Positions 44,350 through 53,536 of a stretch of DNA of 64,000 bases are shown here, piece after piece. The translations under genes and the position numbers were made by a program. Within the stretch, counting starts at the first letter, position 1. Every line of letters starts with the position of its first letter. The stretch is from positions 2,286,394 to 2,350,393 of the forward strand of contig OY769938.1 of assembly GCA_963669295.1 (NCBI GenBank). The letters are read 5' to 3'. Source of the stretch: Flavobacteriales bacterium. GTDB taxonomy: Bacteria > Bacteroidota > Bacteroidia > Flavobacteriales_D > CALLUQ01. The notes below the pieces were generated by a model. It was not told the DNA's origin. It saw nothing but the letters and a program-made list of their open reading frames with translations, and ran no database searches.

Positions 44350-44702
44350 GTACTTGCTTCTACCTCAAAACCTCCTGTTTTGGTCATTTGAGGATTTGTT
44401 TTTCCTACTTGATAAAGATACTCGGCACCATCATTACGAGAATCGTAGAAATCTGTCATACCGTTTTCGCAGTAATACAATTCGTAAAGAGCTTCTTTAT
44501 TCTCTTCTGAAAGGACATCTTCATTTTCATCTATGAAGCTATCTACATCATAAATTTCATTAGCAAGAAACTCAACTAAGCTTTGAGCATCTTCCCCTTT
44601 ATATTTGGGAGTGCATTTCTTTAGGTTATCAATATCAAATTCTTGTACTTCACTCGCTGAACTCATTTGATACACTTCAACCTTTCTTATTTGTACTTTC
44701 AT
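44346..44702 (-). CDS. small highly acidic hypothetical protein
   Basis: 118 aa, rich in D/E (DVDSFIDENEDVLSEENKEALYELYY). Confidence 0.5.
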   Translation of the reverse strand: MKVQIRKVEVYQMSSASEVQEFDIDNLKKCTPKYKGEDAQSLVEFLANEIYDVDSFIDENEDVLSEENKEALYELYYCENGMTDFYDSRNDGAEYLYQVGKTNPQMTKTGGFEVEAST

Positions 44703-44711
44703 ATTAGTTTT

Positions 44712-46226
44712 CTACTTTTTTGGTTTTACTTTAATGTCTTTAGTAGAGGTCAACTTGCCATAAGTGTAAACTTCCTTCTTATATTTTATACCATCTTCAT
44801 TATAGTGAATCCAAACCCCATTCATTTCATAAACTTTGTTTTTGCCAAAAGGATCATTTGGCGTAGGACCTGCCATTGGGTTTATCGCATAATTACTAGT
44901 CATTTTTAAATTGCCATTTTCATGATAGTCCTTCCATTGACCTGATTTCTGACCATTAGTTACCGATCCTTCTGACATTTTGTTACCATTTGGATAATAA
45001 TAAATACAAGGCCCATCAAGAGTTTCAGGATCAAGTGAAATCATCTTACCTTCAAATTGTAATTGTCCGTTAGAATAATAGTCTCTAACTGATTCATTTG
45101 AAATGCTTCCAGTTTGAGTAAATGTTATTACTCGATAGAATGAAGCTTCTCTTTTTGAATCTACCTCTTCCCAGTTTTCGTTATAATAGATCGTCCATTT
45201 TCCAACTCTGTACCCATTACTATATTTTAGATCACCATTCTTACTGCCATCTTCATTGTACGAAACCCAAATACCATCTCTATCTCCACGCTGATTCAAG
45301 CCACCTTCCAGAGACTTATTACCATTTTCATAATAAGAAATCATTGTACCTGAATACTGGCGACTACTACCTCCAGCTCTCCGATTTGATAATACCTCTG
45401 AATACTGCATTCTCGGGTTCCCATTTGGATAAAAAAGTGTTGTTTGAACATTCTGCTTCCCATTTGATATAGCTTCATACACTATTTTCTTTTCCATGTT
45501 GCCAAGACTGTCGTAATATACTTGCTCGCCTTCCATGATTTCTCCATACATATCACCTTTGGCGAAATTTTCTAAACTTTTTACCTTCCCATCAGCGTAC
45601 CAGATTGTCTTCTTGCCAAACCATTTTCCATTTTCCATTAAACCTTCTGCTAGCTTTGCCCCATCAGGGTACCATTCATTTATATCTCCATGATAAACTC
45701 CCTCTAGCATATTAAATTCTATCTTCTTTTGACCATTATCATACCAAGCTGTATTCTTACCTGTTATAGGATGTGCGGCCTCAATTTTAACTCCTTCAAG
45801 GTTGTACTTTTCATAATATGTCTTCTCGCCATTCTCATATTTCTCCATCAAAATCATTATTCTTTTACCTTCTTTACAACCATACTCATACCAAGTTCCT
45901 GATGGATTTCCTTTAGAATAGTTCTTTACTGAATAGGGAAGCTTTGCGCACTCACTGTCATCCTTCATTCCAATCCAAAACTCTTGTTTTCCATTAGCAA
46001 AACTGTTGCTAAATGTTGCTTTGGTTATCATCTTTCCATTTGAATCGAACTTCTTATAAGAACCATTCTTTTGTCCCTTTGAATTAACGAAATAGATTTC
46101 TTTGATTTTTGATTGTACTAATGGGTCGTAATATGTTCTTACTTCCTTTTGAGCCAATGCAAATGAAGCAGATAAAACGAAAAGAGAAACAGCGATAAAT
46201 GATTTCATAATTAATGAGTTTTTCAA
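44712..46226 (-). CDS. MORN-repeat-variant (YwqK family) secreted protein
   Basis: Signal peptide. More than 10 repeats of the W(Y/K)xxYxxNGxxxxEGxxxNGxxxG type (for example EWYPDGAKLAEGLMENGKWFGKKTIWYADGKVKS). Confidence 0.7.
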   Translation of the reverse strand: MKNSLIMKSFIAVSLFVLSASFALAQKEVRTYYDPLVQSKIKEIYFVNSKGQKNGSYKKFDSNGKMITKATFSNSFANGKQEFWIGMKDDSECAKLPYSVKNYSKGNPSGTWYEYGCKEGKRIMILMEKYENGEKTYYEKYNLEGVKIEAAHPITGKNTAWYDNGQKKIEFNMLEGVYHGDINEWYPDGAKLAEGLMENGKWFGKKTIWYADGKVKSLENFAKGDMYGEIMEGEQVYYDSLGNMEKKIVYEAISNGKQNVQTTLFYPNGNPRMQYSEVLSNRRAGGSSRQYSGTMISYYENGNKSLEGGLNQRGDRDGIWVSYNEDGSKNGDLKYSNGYRVGKWTIYYNENWEEVDSKREASFYRVITFTQTGSISNESVRDYYSNGQLQFEGKMISLDPETLDGPCIYYYPNGNKMSEGSVTNGQKSGQWKDYHENGNLKMTSNYAINPMAGPTPNDPFGKNKVYEMNGVWIHYNEDGIKYKKEVYTYGKLTSTKDIKVKPKK

Positions 46227-46325
46227 TTTGGATAAAAGTAAATTCGATTAATTCAGAATAACTGTACATTAATGTACACTATTGGTTATTTTTGATTTAT
46301 AACCTTGAATGGTTGTATTTAAATA

Positions 46326-47537
46326 GTGCCAAGAACGCCAAACAATATTGACCCAGAAATACTGTCTTCGTTGAAAGAAGAAGTATTGATTGTTTACAAT
46401 AAACCATTGAAACGATCCGTGGACTGTGATAAATTGGCTGATGTCGTAACTCGGAAAACAAACCAATTTATCAATGGCATTTCGTTCAAAAGACTATATG
46501 GATTTACCAAATACCCCTTTAATCCGTCCTATCAGACATTAGATATTTTAGCACAATACGTTGGGAAAAAAGATTGGTATGACTTCCAACAATCCTTCGG
46601 TGACCCATCGGAGATTTCCAATTCAGAATTGGAGCTAATGTTGTCGGTTTATAACTTTGACTTTATAAACCAAATAGACAATTATGAAGGAGGCATTCAA
46701 TCAGTATCTCGTTTAATTGCTTTAAGACTTAGAGATAACCCAGAAGCATTTAAAAGAGTAGCTGAAAATCTAGCTTCAAACCCAAATTCACAGGTGTTCT
46801 TTATTGAACATTTTCCTGACTATGATAACCTCATCAATTATTATCACATTGCCTTTGAAGAATACCTTAAACATAAGCATACAAGTGAAGCTCAATTATT
46901 TGGAAACTGCGTTCTCTTTTTGAAAGGATTTTGGGAAGACAACGAATCAGAGTGTATTCAACGAATTAATAACATCAATGAAGTTGGTGTAAATGATAGT
47001 ATTCATCCATACGTTATTGGTCGATATTACGGCTGTAACATTCTCTACAAACACTTTTTTGGAAACAAAGAAGTTGAGTTTTTAATCGAAAAAACATTTG
47101 AGGTTAGTAATCGTATGCCAGTTGACGGCAAACATTTCATTGATTTCCCAGCCTTTCAATATATCGTTTCAGAAGCTATGTTGCATTGTGAAAAACATGA
47201 AGCGTGTATTAAAATGGTAGATGAAGCCTTTGAAAGATATCCTTTGAAAATGGAATTCGTTAGAAAAGGATATTACCGCCAATTACAACTATTTAAATCA
47301 ATAGCATTATGGAAGCTTGGCAGAGAAAGGGAGTCAATTGATTTGTTTGATAAAATCAACCCTTCCAATTTCTACTTCTTTTCCAGAAAATACTATACTG
47401 CCATCTACTTATTGCAAAAGCTGAGAATAGAGTTTGACGAGACAACATCTAATCATACCTCTAGAATCATTAAAGAGATGAGTAATTACTTCCTAGCAAA
47501 AGAGTACCAAAAAGTAACTGGCAACAAGGTTTTCTGA
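46326..47537 (+). CDS. hypothetical protein (helical, TPR-like C-terminal part possible)
   Basis: 403-aa ORF with a GTG start. No catalytic motif recognised. Confidence 0.45.
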   Translation: MPRTPNNIDPEILSSLKEEVLIVYNKPLKRSVDCDKLADVVTRKTNQFINGISFKRLYGFTKYPFNPSYQTLDILAQYVGKKDWYDFQQSFGDPSEISNSELELMLSVYNFDFINQIDNYEGGIQSVSRLIALRLRDNPEAFKRVAENLASNPNSQVFFIEHFPDYDNLINYYHIAFEEYLKHKHTSEAQLFGNCVLFLKGFWEDNESECIQRINNINEVGVNDSIHPYVIGRYYGCNILYKHFFGNKEVEFLIEKTFEVSNRMPVDGKHFIDFPAFQYIVSEAMLHCEKHEACIKMVDEAFERYPLKMEFVRKGYYRQLQLFKSIALWKLGRERESIDLFDKINPSNFYFFSRKYYTAIYLLQKLRIEFDETTSNHTSRIIKEMSNYFLAKEYQKVTGNKVF

Positions 47538-47588
47538 GAATCTCTTTGGCGTGTCTAACTCCATTGATAGTTTAGCTCAAAAACAATT

Positions 47589-47840
47589 ATGGAAAAGAAC
47601 AAATTACAAACGCTATTAAGCATAGCTCAAAAAAATCAATTCTGCATTAGAGATGAAAAGAACAATTATCTACCAGTTGCTCCTAGTTCAAAAGGAGAAG
47701 TGGTTGATGTTGTAAGTCTAATCGCCAAAGAAATTTTTGGCTCTTGGCCACTAAACGAAGAACAAGAAAAGCAATTTAAAATTCTAACTAACCTAAAGTA
47801 TCGTCCTTCTACCAGAAAGCCACAGGAGAAAACGGCATAA
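47589..47840 (+). CDS. small hypothetical protein
   Basis: 83-aa ORF followed by a hairpin. Confidence 0.4.
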   Translation: MEKNKLQTLLSIAQKNQFCIRDEKNNYLPVAPSSKGEVVDVVSLIAKEIFGSWPLNEEQEKQFKILTNLKYRPSTRKPQEKTA

Positions 47841-47857
47841 CCACCAAAATCTCCAGA

Positions 47858-47882
47858 AGCCATGATTACCTCATGGCTTTGT
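47858..47882 (+). terminator. hairpin, possible terminator
   Basis: Perfect 9-bp stem AAGCCATGA / TCATGGCTT with a 5-nt loop. Weak T tract. Confidence 0.4.
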
Positions 47883-47958
47883 GGGGTTGCTATATAAACA
47901 TGTATATGATTTTAAGATGTCACCGTTGCTGTCGAAATATAGTCAGCCCAAAATTGAG

Positions 47959-48177
47959 CTATTTACCTCTTTTGGTAGGCTTTTTTCTTAGATTAGGATA
48001 AGGGACTATTTTCTTTTTATCCTCACAGACTTCTTCAATGATTTTATGATTCAGTTTAACCAGTAGTTCGTTCTGTTCCTTTAGCAGTCTATTCTGCTCA
48101 CCAAGACTATCTAGATTAGCCAATTGTATCAAAATCACCTCTTCCATTTCTTCCTTGGTATATCTTAACTTACCCAT
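47959..48177 (-). CDS. small coiled-coil hypothetical protein
   Basis: 72 aa. 1-nt overlap with the upstream HTH gene. Confidence 0.45.
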   Translation of the reverse strand: MGKLRYTKEEMEEVILIQLANLDSLGEQNRLLKEQNELLVKLNHKIIEEVCEDKKKIVPYPNLRKKPTKRGK

Positions 48178-48629
48178 TATGCGGCTTGAACTTTAAACTT
48201 TCTTTTTGATGAGGTGATAAAATCATTTAAATCGACTTCTGATATACGTGTTTTCTTTTCTGACAATCTACTAGCCCTTAACTTACCTTCATTGATGTAG
48301 TTGTTCACGGTCATTCTTGATACGCCAAGAATATCAGCTACCTCAACAGGTGTAAATAACTTATTTGGATCAGGTTCATTTCCATTTGGATTCAAAGAGG
48401 GTTGAACATCCTCTTCCAAGTTGAGCTTATCTAAAAACTGTAGTTTGTATTCGGCCAATCCATTTAAAAAGGACCTTTGAAACTGTTTGACTGCTTTGTG
48501 CATATTTATATAGTCTCTCTTCTCATTCAATGAGCTAGCCAGAATAGAAAATGCCATATCTTCTACCTCAGCAGAGCATACGTGACCCTCAGCAATTCGT
48601 GTAAAGTATTTCTTAAATAGTTCTTCCAT
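48177..48629 (-). CDS. helix-turn-helix (excisionase/MerR-like HTH_17) DNA-binding protein
   Basis: C-terminal FTPVEVADILGVSRMTVNNYINEGKLRASRL. Lies directly downstream of the integrase. Confidence 0.65.
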   Translation of the reverse strand: MEELFKKYFTRIAEGHVCSAEVEDMAFSILASSLNEKRDYINMHKAVKQFQRSFLNGLAEYKLQFLDKLNLEEDVQPSLNPNGNEPDPNKLFTPVEVADILGVSRMTVNNYINEGKLRASRLSEKKTRISEVDLNDFITSSKRKFKVQAA

Positions 48630-48634
48630 AACTT

Positions 48635-49861
48635 TTATTTTATCTCCAATCGGTCAACAAAATCAAAGGTCTTATCTCCAAACTTTTGCATATAATTCAA
48701 AAGCATACTGATTGAAGAATGACCAGTCATTTTCATTATCTCATTGATTGGAACATTTTGTTTAATGCAATTTGTAATAAATGTTCTTCGGGCATTGTGG
48801 CTGGATATCTGTGTCCATTTCTGGACCATTTGATATTCCATCTCGTTATACCTTCTTCTTTTAATCTTAATCTCCTTTTGAAACTCTTTAATTGAGAGCA
48901 ACATTTGCTTTAAGTAGAGATTGTATTTCTGCAATATGAAATGGTTAAGGCTTTCATTATTGCGTTCCCAAATCTTCATTGCTGTAGAATTCAACGGAAC
49001 TTCAAAATAACCGCCAGTTTTTATGGCATATTTACAAATGATATTTCCCTTTATATGGCTTGAATCTAGGGTTCGGATATCGCTATACCTCAACCCTGTC
49101 ATACATCCAAAAACGAAAACATCTTTAACCTTTCTTTCTCTTGCCGTTCTTGGCTTGAAATCCAAAACAGCTTTTAATTCCACTTCATTAAGTACAATGA
49201 TGTCCGTTTCGTATTTGCTCACTTTATAAGAATCTAAGTCTTTGTTCTCATTGGCTAAATCACGTTCAACAAGATTCTTCCAGAACTCTTTTAAATGCTT
49301 ATATCGTTTGCTTATTGTGTTGTCATTTAAGTTACCCTCTGTCAAACAACCGTATGGTCTTTCTTGACTTAAGAAGTACTCAAACTCTTGCAGGAAATTT
49401 CGATTAATATCCTTTAATCTCAATTGAATATTGTTGAGGTTTTCATAATCTTTAAAAGCATTCATCATACTGCGATATGCTTTCAAAGAGCCTGGTTTAA
49501 TCTTGCTCGACTTCTTCATTTCATAGAATTCTTCCATAAAATCCATCAAAGCAAAATGATCCCGATTAATCTCGGAATTCACTTTTTTGGTTTCATCTTT
49601 AAACCTATGCTTAACCAATTCAACAGATGGAGTAATTCCATCAGCTTTTAGCTTTAGAATGATATTATCAATTCTCTGCTGAATTTGAATAATATTACTA
49701 TTGATTTCGTCATAGTTTCTGATTCCGCTAGACTTCAATATCAACTTTGATTCTGAGAAATGCTTTGCATCAACTCTGAATCCAGTATTGTGTCTTAGCA
49801 CTCCATTTTTGGAGTAATATATAACTATGGTTCCTCTATATAATTTTACTTTGGTTAACAT
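48635..49861 (-). CDS. tyrosine-type site-specific recombinase/integrase
   Basis: Box I is GCMTGLRYSDI (Arg). Box II is SSHNARRTF (HxxR)...TGHSSISMLLNY (His, Tyr). Bacteroidota-type N-terminal arm/SAM-like region. Confidence 0.88.
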   Translation of the reverse strand: MLTKVKLYRGTIVIYYSKNGVLRHNTGFRVDAKHFSESKLILKSSGIRNYDEINSNIIQIQQRIDNIILKLKADGITPSVELVKHRFKDETKKVNSEINRDHFALMDFMEEFYEMKKSSKIKPGSLKAYRSMMNAFKDYENLNNIQLRLKDINRNFLQEFEYFLSQERPYGCLTEGNLNDNTISKRYKHLKEFWKNLVERDLANENKDLDSYKVSKYETDIIVLNEVELKAVLDFKPRTARERKVKDVFVFGCMTGLRYSDIRTLDSSHIKGNIICKYAIKTGGYFEVPLNSTAMKIWERNNESLNHFILQKYNLYLKQMLLSIKEFQKEIKIKRRRYNEMEYQMVQKWTQISSHNARRTFITNCIKQNVPINEIMKMTGHSSISMLLNYMQKFGDKTFDFVDRLEIK

Positions 49862-50019
49862 TTATTCTTAAAATGGTTCCCATCTTATAGCACGTAAATT
49901 CAAATTGTTTCAAGATGGAATCAACTTTATTTTGAGCCAAAGTATTACAAGGGGTTCAGGGGCCAAAGAGGTAGGTAGGATTTGCAACCTAAATCGAGAA
50001 AAAGACGTTATTAACGTAC

Positions 50020-50805
50020 ATGAGTGATAATATTAGAACCATACTTAGTGACCGTCATGATATGGACGACTATTTAATCCACTTCATCCATAACAATGAC
50101 GATCTAACTTCTTTCGAGGTATTGAAATCAATTTTAGATGATGGATATATTCGTGCTGGCTGGGCTAAGAGAGGTGCAAAACGAACAGTAATGGGCAGAA
50201 CACCAGCCGTTTGTTTTACAGAAATGCCGCTATCAGCATTCTTTGATTACGTTGACAAAAGAGAAGACTTTGAGAAAATAAACTCGTATGCCGTTTGTAT
50301 ATGGAAACCCAACATGTTTAACCTCGGAGCTCGTAATGTGATTTACGGAACAACAAATTATGCTGAAGAAAAGGAGCACCCAGATGGACATTGGTACATT
50401 GACAATTTGCCAGAGGACGAAATGTACCGCTATATGTTAACTGAGATTAAAATTAAAAATGATTGGACTCATGAACGTGAATGGCGCTGGGCTGATATTA
50501 AGGAACTAACTGATGGTCGTAATATTCTACCCATTTGGTATAACGAAAGTGAAGACCCTAAAGATTTTGAATATGGTACGAATTCTCGATTTGGATACGA
50601 ACGAATTATTGTAATTGTTAAGAAGGATGAAGAATTGGAAGAGGTGCTCGGGATTCTTCGATCTAAAATGACAAATAAGAAGTTTATTCAAGAAAGAATG
50701 AGGGCGACAAGAGTTATATCGAGAGAGAGTATCGAGGCCCTTCAATTGGAGAAACCATTTAGATTCAGAGACTTGTTTGATTATAAGTTGTTTAAAAAGA
50801 TGTAG
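50020..50805 (+). CDS. hypothetical protein, AbiGi-like (abortive-infection family) candidate
   Basis: DYLIHFIHNNDDLTSFEVLKSILDDGYIRAG ... TPAVCFTEMPLSAFFDYV resembles the AbiGi N-terminal pattern as I recall it. Confidence 0.35.
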   Translation: MSDNIRTILSDRHDMDDYLIHFIHNNDDLTSFEVLKSILDDGYIRAGWAKRGAKRTVMGRTPAVCFTEMPLSAFFDYVDKREDFEKINSYAVCIWKPNMFNLGARNVIYGTTNYAEEKEHPDGHWYIDNLPEDEMYRYMLTEIKIKNDWTHEREWRWADIKELTDGRNILPIWYNESEDPKDFEYGTNSRFGYERIIVIVKKDEELEEVLGILRSKMTNKKFIQERMRATRVISRESIEALQLEKPFRFRDLFDYKLFKKM

Positions 50806-50962
50806 ATAGGTTGTATGGCGCCGATGAACAAACATTGAACAAAATTCTATGTAAATTCATCAAGCACTTTGAAAAACCGAAAATTGTAATCAACTGAATT
50901 TAAGTGAGCTACTAGAATTCAGAACTGATTATGTAAAATATAAGCCCATTTGGTAAAGATTA

Positions 50963-50983
50963 TTCGAAACCTTCAGGGCCCAC
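50963..50983 (+). repeat. degenerate copy of the tRNA-Met 3' end (attR-like scar)
   Basis: TTCGAAACCTTCAGGGCCCAC versus tRNA TTCGAGCCCTGGTGGGCCCAC (28284-28305 region). 16/21 identical, including an exact GGGCCCAC. Confidence 0.55.
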
Positions 50984-51365
50984 GAAGTGGATCAAAGCCT
51001 TTTCCGCGTATGCGGGGGAGGCTTTTTTGTTGGAGTGAAGCGAGCAACAAAACTTTGGGGCGAGAAGTTTATGCCGATCGTAGCGCTAGCGGAGTATCGG
51101 TAAGTCCTGCCTGTCCCGGTTGATCCTGGACCTGTTGAAGGAGAGTACCGGGAGTGGCTCCACGAGAGTGAACCAAAGCCTTTTCCGCGTAGCGAGGAAA
51201 GCTTTTTTGTTGGAGCGAAGCGAGCAACAAAATTCCGGGGTGAGAAGCCTGTTTGAACGAATTCATTCGGGCAGTTTATGTTAATGATAAGCTTGCCGGG
51301 GAGAAAACACTGTTAAGTCCTACCAACCCCAAATGCAGTGCGGTAGCATTTTGGGAGTGAGCTGG
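50979..51365 (+). repeat. degenerate tandem repeat (unit about 180-205 bp, 2 full copies plus 1 partial), each full unit carrying a terminator-like hairpin
   Basis: CCACGA..CAAAGCCTTTTCCGCGTA..GCTTTTTTGTTGGAG.GAAGCGAGCAACAAAA...GAGAAG occurs at 50980-51068 and 51160-51248. AGTTTATG, TAAGTCCT and GGGAGTG blocks recur at 51066/51273, 51101/51314 and 51150/51353. Confidence 0.7.
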
Positions 51366-51523
51366 CAAGCTGGGGCGGGGCTGAATATTTATGTGATTTT
51401 TCAGACATCATTGTAGCAACTTATGATATTATCGCCTAATTTTGAATGCTGCAAACGTCTCTATGTTGTACTAATCAATCGACACTGATTAGTAATGCGG
51501 ATGTCTATTGATTTTTTTAAAGT

Positions 51524-53266
51524 ATGTTGAGAAAAATACATCTCTTCCTTTTTCTTATTGTAGGAAATGGATTATTTGCACAGCAATTCTCGTTAGAAGA
51601 GTTGCGCAAGCAATCGGTAAAAGATCCTGAAGCTACAGTTCAGCAAATTAATGTTATTCTGAGTGAAGAAAGCGAGTTACTAAGCAGCCAGGTACATGAA
51701 CTTAAGTTAGTGATGGCGTTTGCCTATAAAAATGCCTATAACTATGACCAGGCATTTGATGTGTTGAACGAAATAATCAATGCTGAAAATGCATCTATTG
51801 ACCCAATCATTCAATTAAAGGCATATAAACTATATGGCATTATCTATGGAGAAATTGGCGATTACGAAAAGGCATTTTCCTATTACTATAAAAGCCTCGA
51901 AATTATAGAACAATCAGGGTTGGATGATAAGCAGCAACTGGTTGAAATTTATAATAATCTCGGTACAGCTTATTTAAATATTGAAGAGGTCGGAAAAGCA
52001 AGAGAAACTTTTCAGCAATCATTAAATTTATTGATTGAACAAAGAGATACGGCTCGAATTTCTATCGCATACAACAACATGGGGAGCCTGGAGCGAAAAG
52101 ATGGCAATTACGAGTTGGCAAACGCTTATTTCAGAAAGAGTTTGTACTATGGGAAAGATCACATGTTGGTGCGAATTCGCGCTCATCGAAATTTAGGGTA
52201 TTCATACGAGTTAATGGGGTTATCAGATAGCGCTCAGTTTTATTATTCCTTAAGTTATGATTTTGCGGAGAGAGATAGTAGCCTTTACGACATGTCGGTA
52301 ATAAAAAATGATATGGCAAACCTTCGCTATCAACAAGGGCGGTTTGCTCAAGCTTTAGCCATTGGAATGGAATCTTTGCAATTGGCTACCGGAATTGATG
52401 CAAAAGAATTGGTCATGAGTAATCATGAATTGTGTTATAAAGCACTAAAGCAATTAGCGCGATTTGAAGAAGCATTAAAACACTATGAGCAATTCAATAC
52501 CATTAAGGTAGAATTGTTGGGCCTGACAAAGGCCAAAGAATTTAGAGAAATAGAGGCTCGTTATGCGCTAAACAAGAAACAGCAAAGGATTAACCACCTG
52601 GAAGAGGTTAACAGGTTGAACGAGTCAAAAATGGTGGGCTTTTATTGGATTGGAGGGCTATCTGTGGTTCTTGCTATAGTCGTTTTTTGGTTGATGGTGC
52701 TATACATCAAAAAATTGCGCATTAAGAAACGATTGGCTGCTCAAGAAAATCTGGTACTATCTAAAGAGATACAAGTGCTGGGTGAAGCCAATGAAATTGT
52801 TGTTAATGAAAATGCTGGTTTGATAGAACAAATTGACCATAAACAGCGTGAGCTAGCTTCTATTGCTCTTCATCAAACACATAATAGAGTATACCTGGAT
52901 GAGCTTAAAACTAAGCTCAAAAAAATTACAATCGACTCTGTTCAAACACGATCAGAAATTCAGGAGGTAGCGCAAACACTTCAAAAGCTTCGCGTCTTTG
53001 AAAAGGATTGGGAAACATTTAAGATACATTTTGAAACGGTACACCCTACCTTCTTCACAAAAGTGCAGGAAATTTGCCACGGTCAGCTTACTCCAAATGA
53101 GCTTAGGCATTGTGCTTATGTTAAGTTAAAACTTACTCTAAAAGAAACAGCATCGTTTTTGAATGTTGGAGAAAAAGCAGTTAAAATGGCCCGCTATCGC
53201 CTAAAGAAGAAGCTGAAAATAGATGCAACAACGAGTTTGTCAAACTATATTGCTGAAATCGATTAG
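51524..53266 (+). CDS. TPR-repeat membrane-anchored regulator with C-terminal LuxR-type HTH
   Basis: Signal/anchor, TPR-like repeats (YNNLGTAYLNIEEVGKA, YNNMGSLERKDGNYELA), one TM (FYWIGGLSVVLAIVVFWLMVLYI). C-terminal HTH is LTPNELRHCAYVKLKLTLKETASFLNVGEKAVKMARYRLKKKL. Confidence 0.7.
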   Translation: MLRKIHLFLFLIVGNGLFAQQFSLEELRKQSVKDPEATVQQINVILSEESELLSSQVHELKLVMAFAYKNAYNYDQAFDVLNEIINAENASIDPIIQLKAYKLYGIIYGEIGDYEKAFSYYYKSLEIIEQSGLDDKQQLVEIYNNLGTAYLNIEEVGKARETFQQSLNLLIEQRDTARISIAYNNMGSLERKDGNYELANAYFRKSLYYGKDHMLVRIRAHRNLGYSYELMGLSDSAQFYYSLSYDFAERDSSLYDMSVIKNDMANLRYQQGRFAQALAIGMESLQLATGIDAKELVMSNHELCYKALKQLARFEEALKHYEQFNTIKVELLGLTKAKEFREIEARYALNKKQQRINHLEEVNRLNESKMVGFYWIGGLSVVLAIVVFWLMVLYIKKLRIKKRLAAQENLVLSKEIQVLGEANEIVVNENAGLIEQIDHKQRELASIALHQTHNRVYLDELKTKLKKITIDSVQTRSEIQEVAQTLQKLRVFEKDWETFKIHFETVHPTFFTKVQEICHGQLTPNELRHCAYVKLKLTLKETASFLNVGEKAVKMARYRLKKKLKIDATTSLSNYIAEID

Positions 53267-53536
53267 CCCATATCTTTCTGAAGAACAGCCTTATAAAGAG
53301 ATGTAGACCTTTTGTAGCCCTCGTAAATTGTAGTTCTTAGAAACTCCCTATTTAGCTTTGCGACATCAAAAGTTTAAAGTTAAATAAAGTAATATGTGGC
53401 GGTTGTTGGTGCTTGCTTTTGACCATCGGCCGTGGTCAAAAAAAGGGGAGATAATATCCTTGCGATAAATGGTAATAAGTTCAATCAACCTGACAAGTTC
53501 GATCAACCTGCCACATGCTTTTCAAAACAATTCAAC

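Larger units (their letters stand above)
28305..50983. mobile_element. ~22.7 kb AT-rich integrative genomic (defence) island at the 3' end of tRNA-Met
   Basis: Abrupt GC drop right after the tRNA. Tyrosine integrase plus excisionase-like HTH at 48177-49861. Degenerate copy of the tRNA 3' end at 50963-50983. Cargo is defence-type and hypothetical genes. Confidence 0.75.

Noticed and set aside
51069-51266. A 65-aa minus-strand ORF in the GC-richer intergenic region.
   Set aside because: It lies entirely inside the degenerate tandem repeat/terminator-hairpin units. Its composition (Ala/Gly/Pro/Leu-rich) reflects the repeat sequence, and nothing supports coding.
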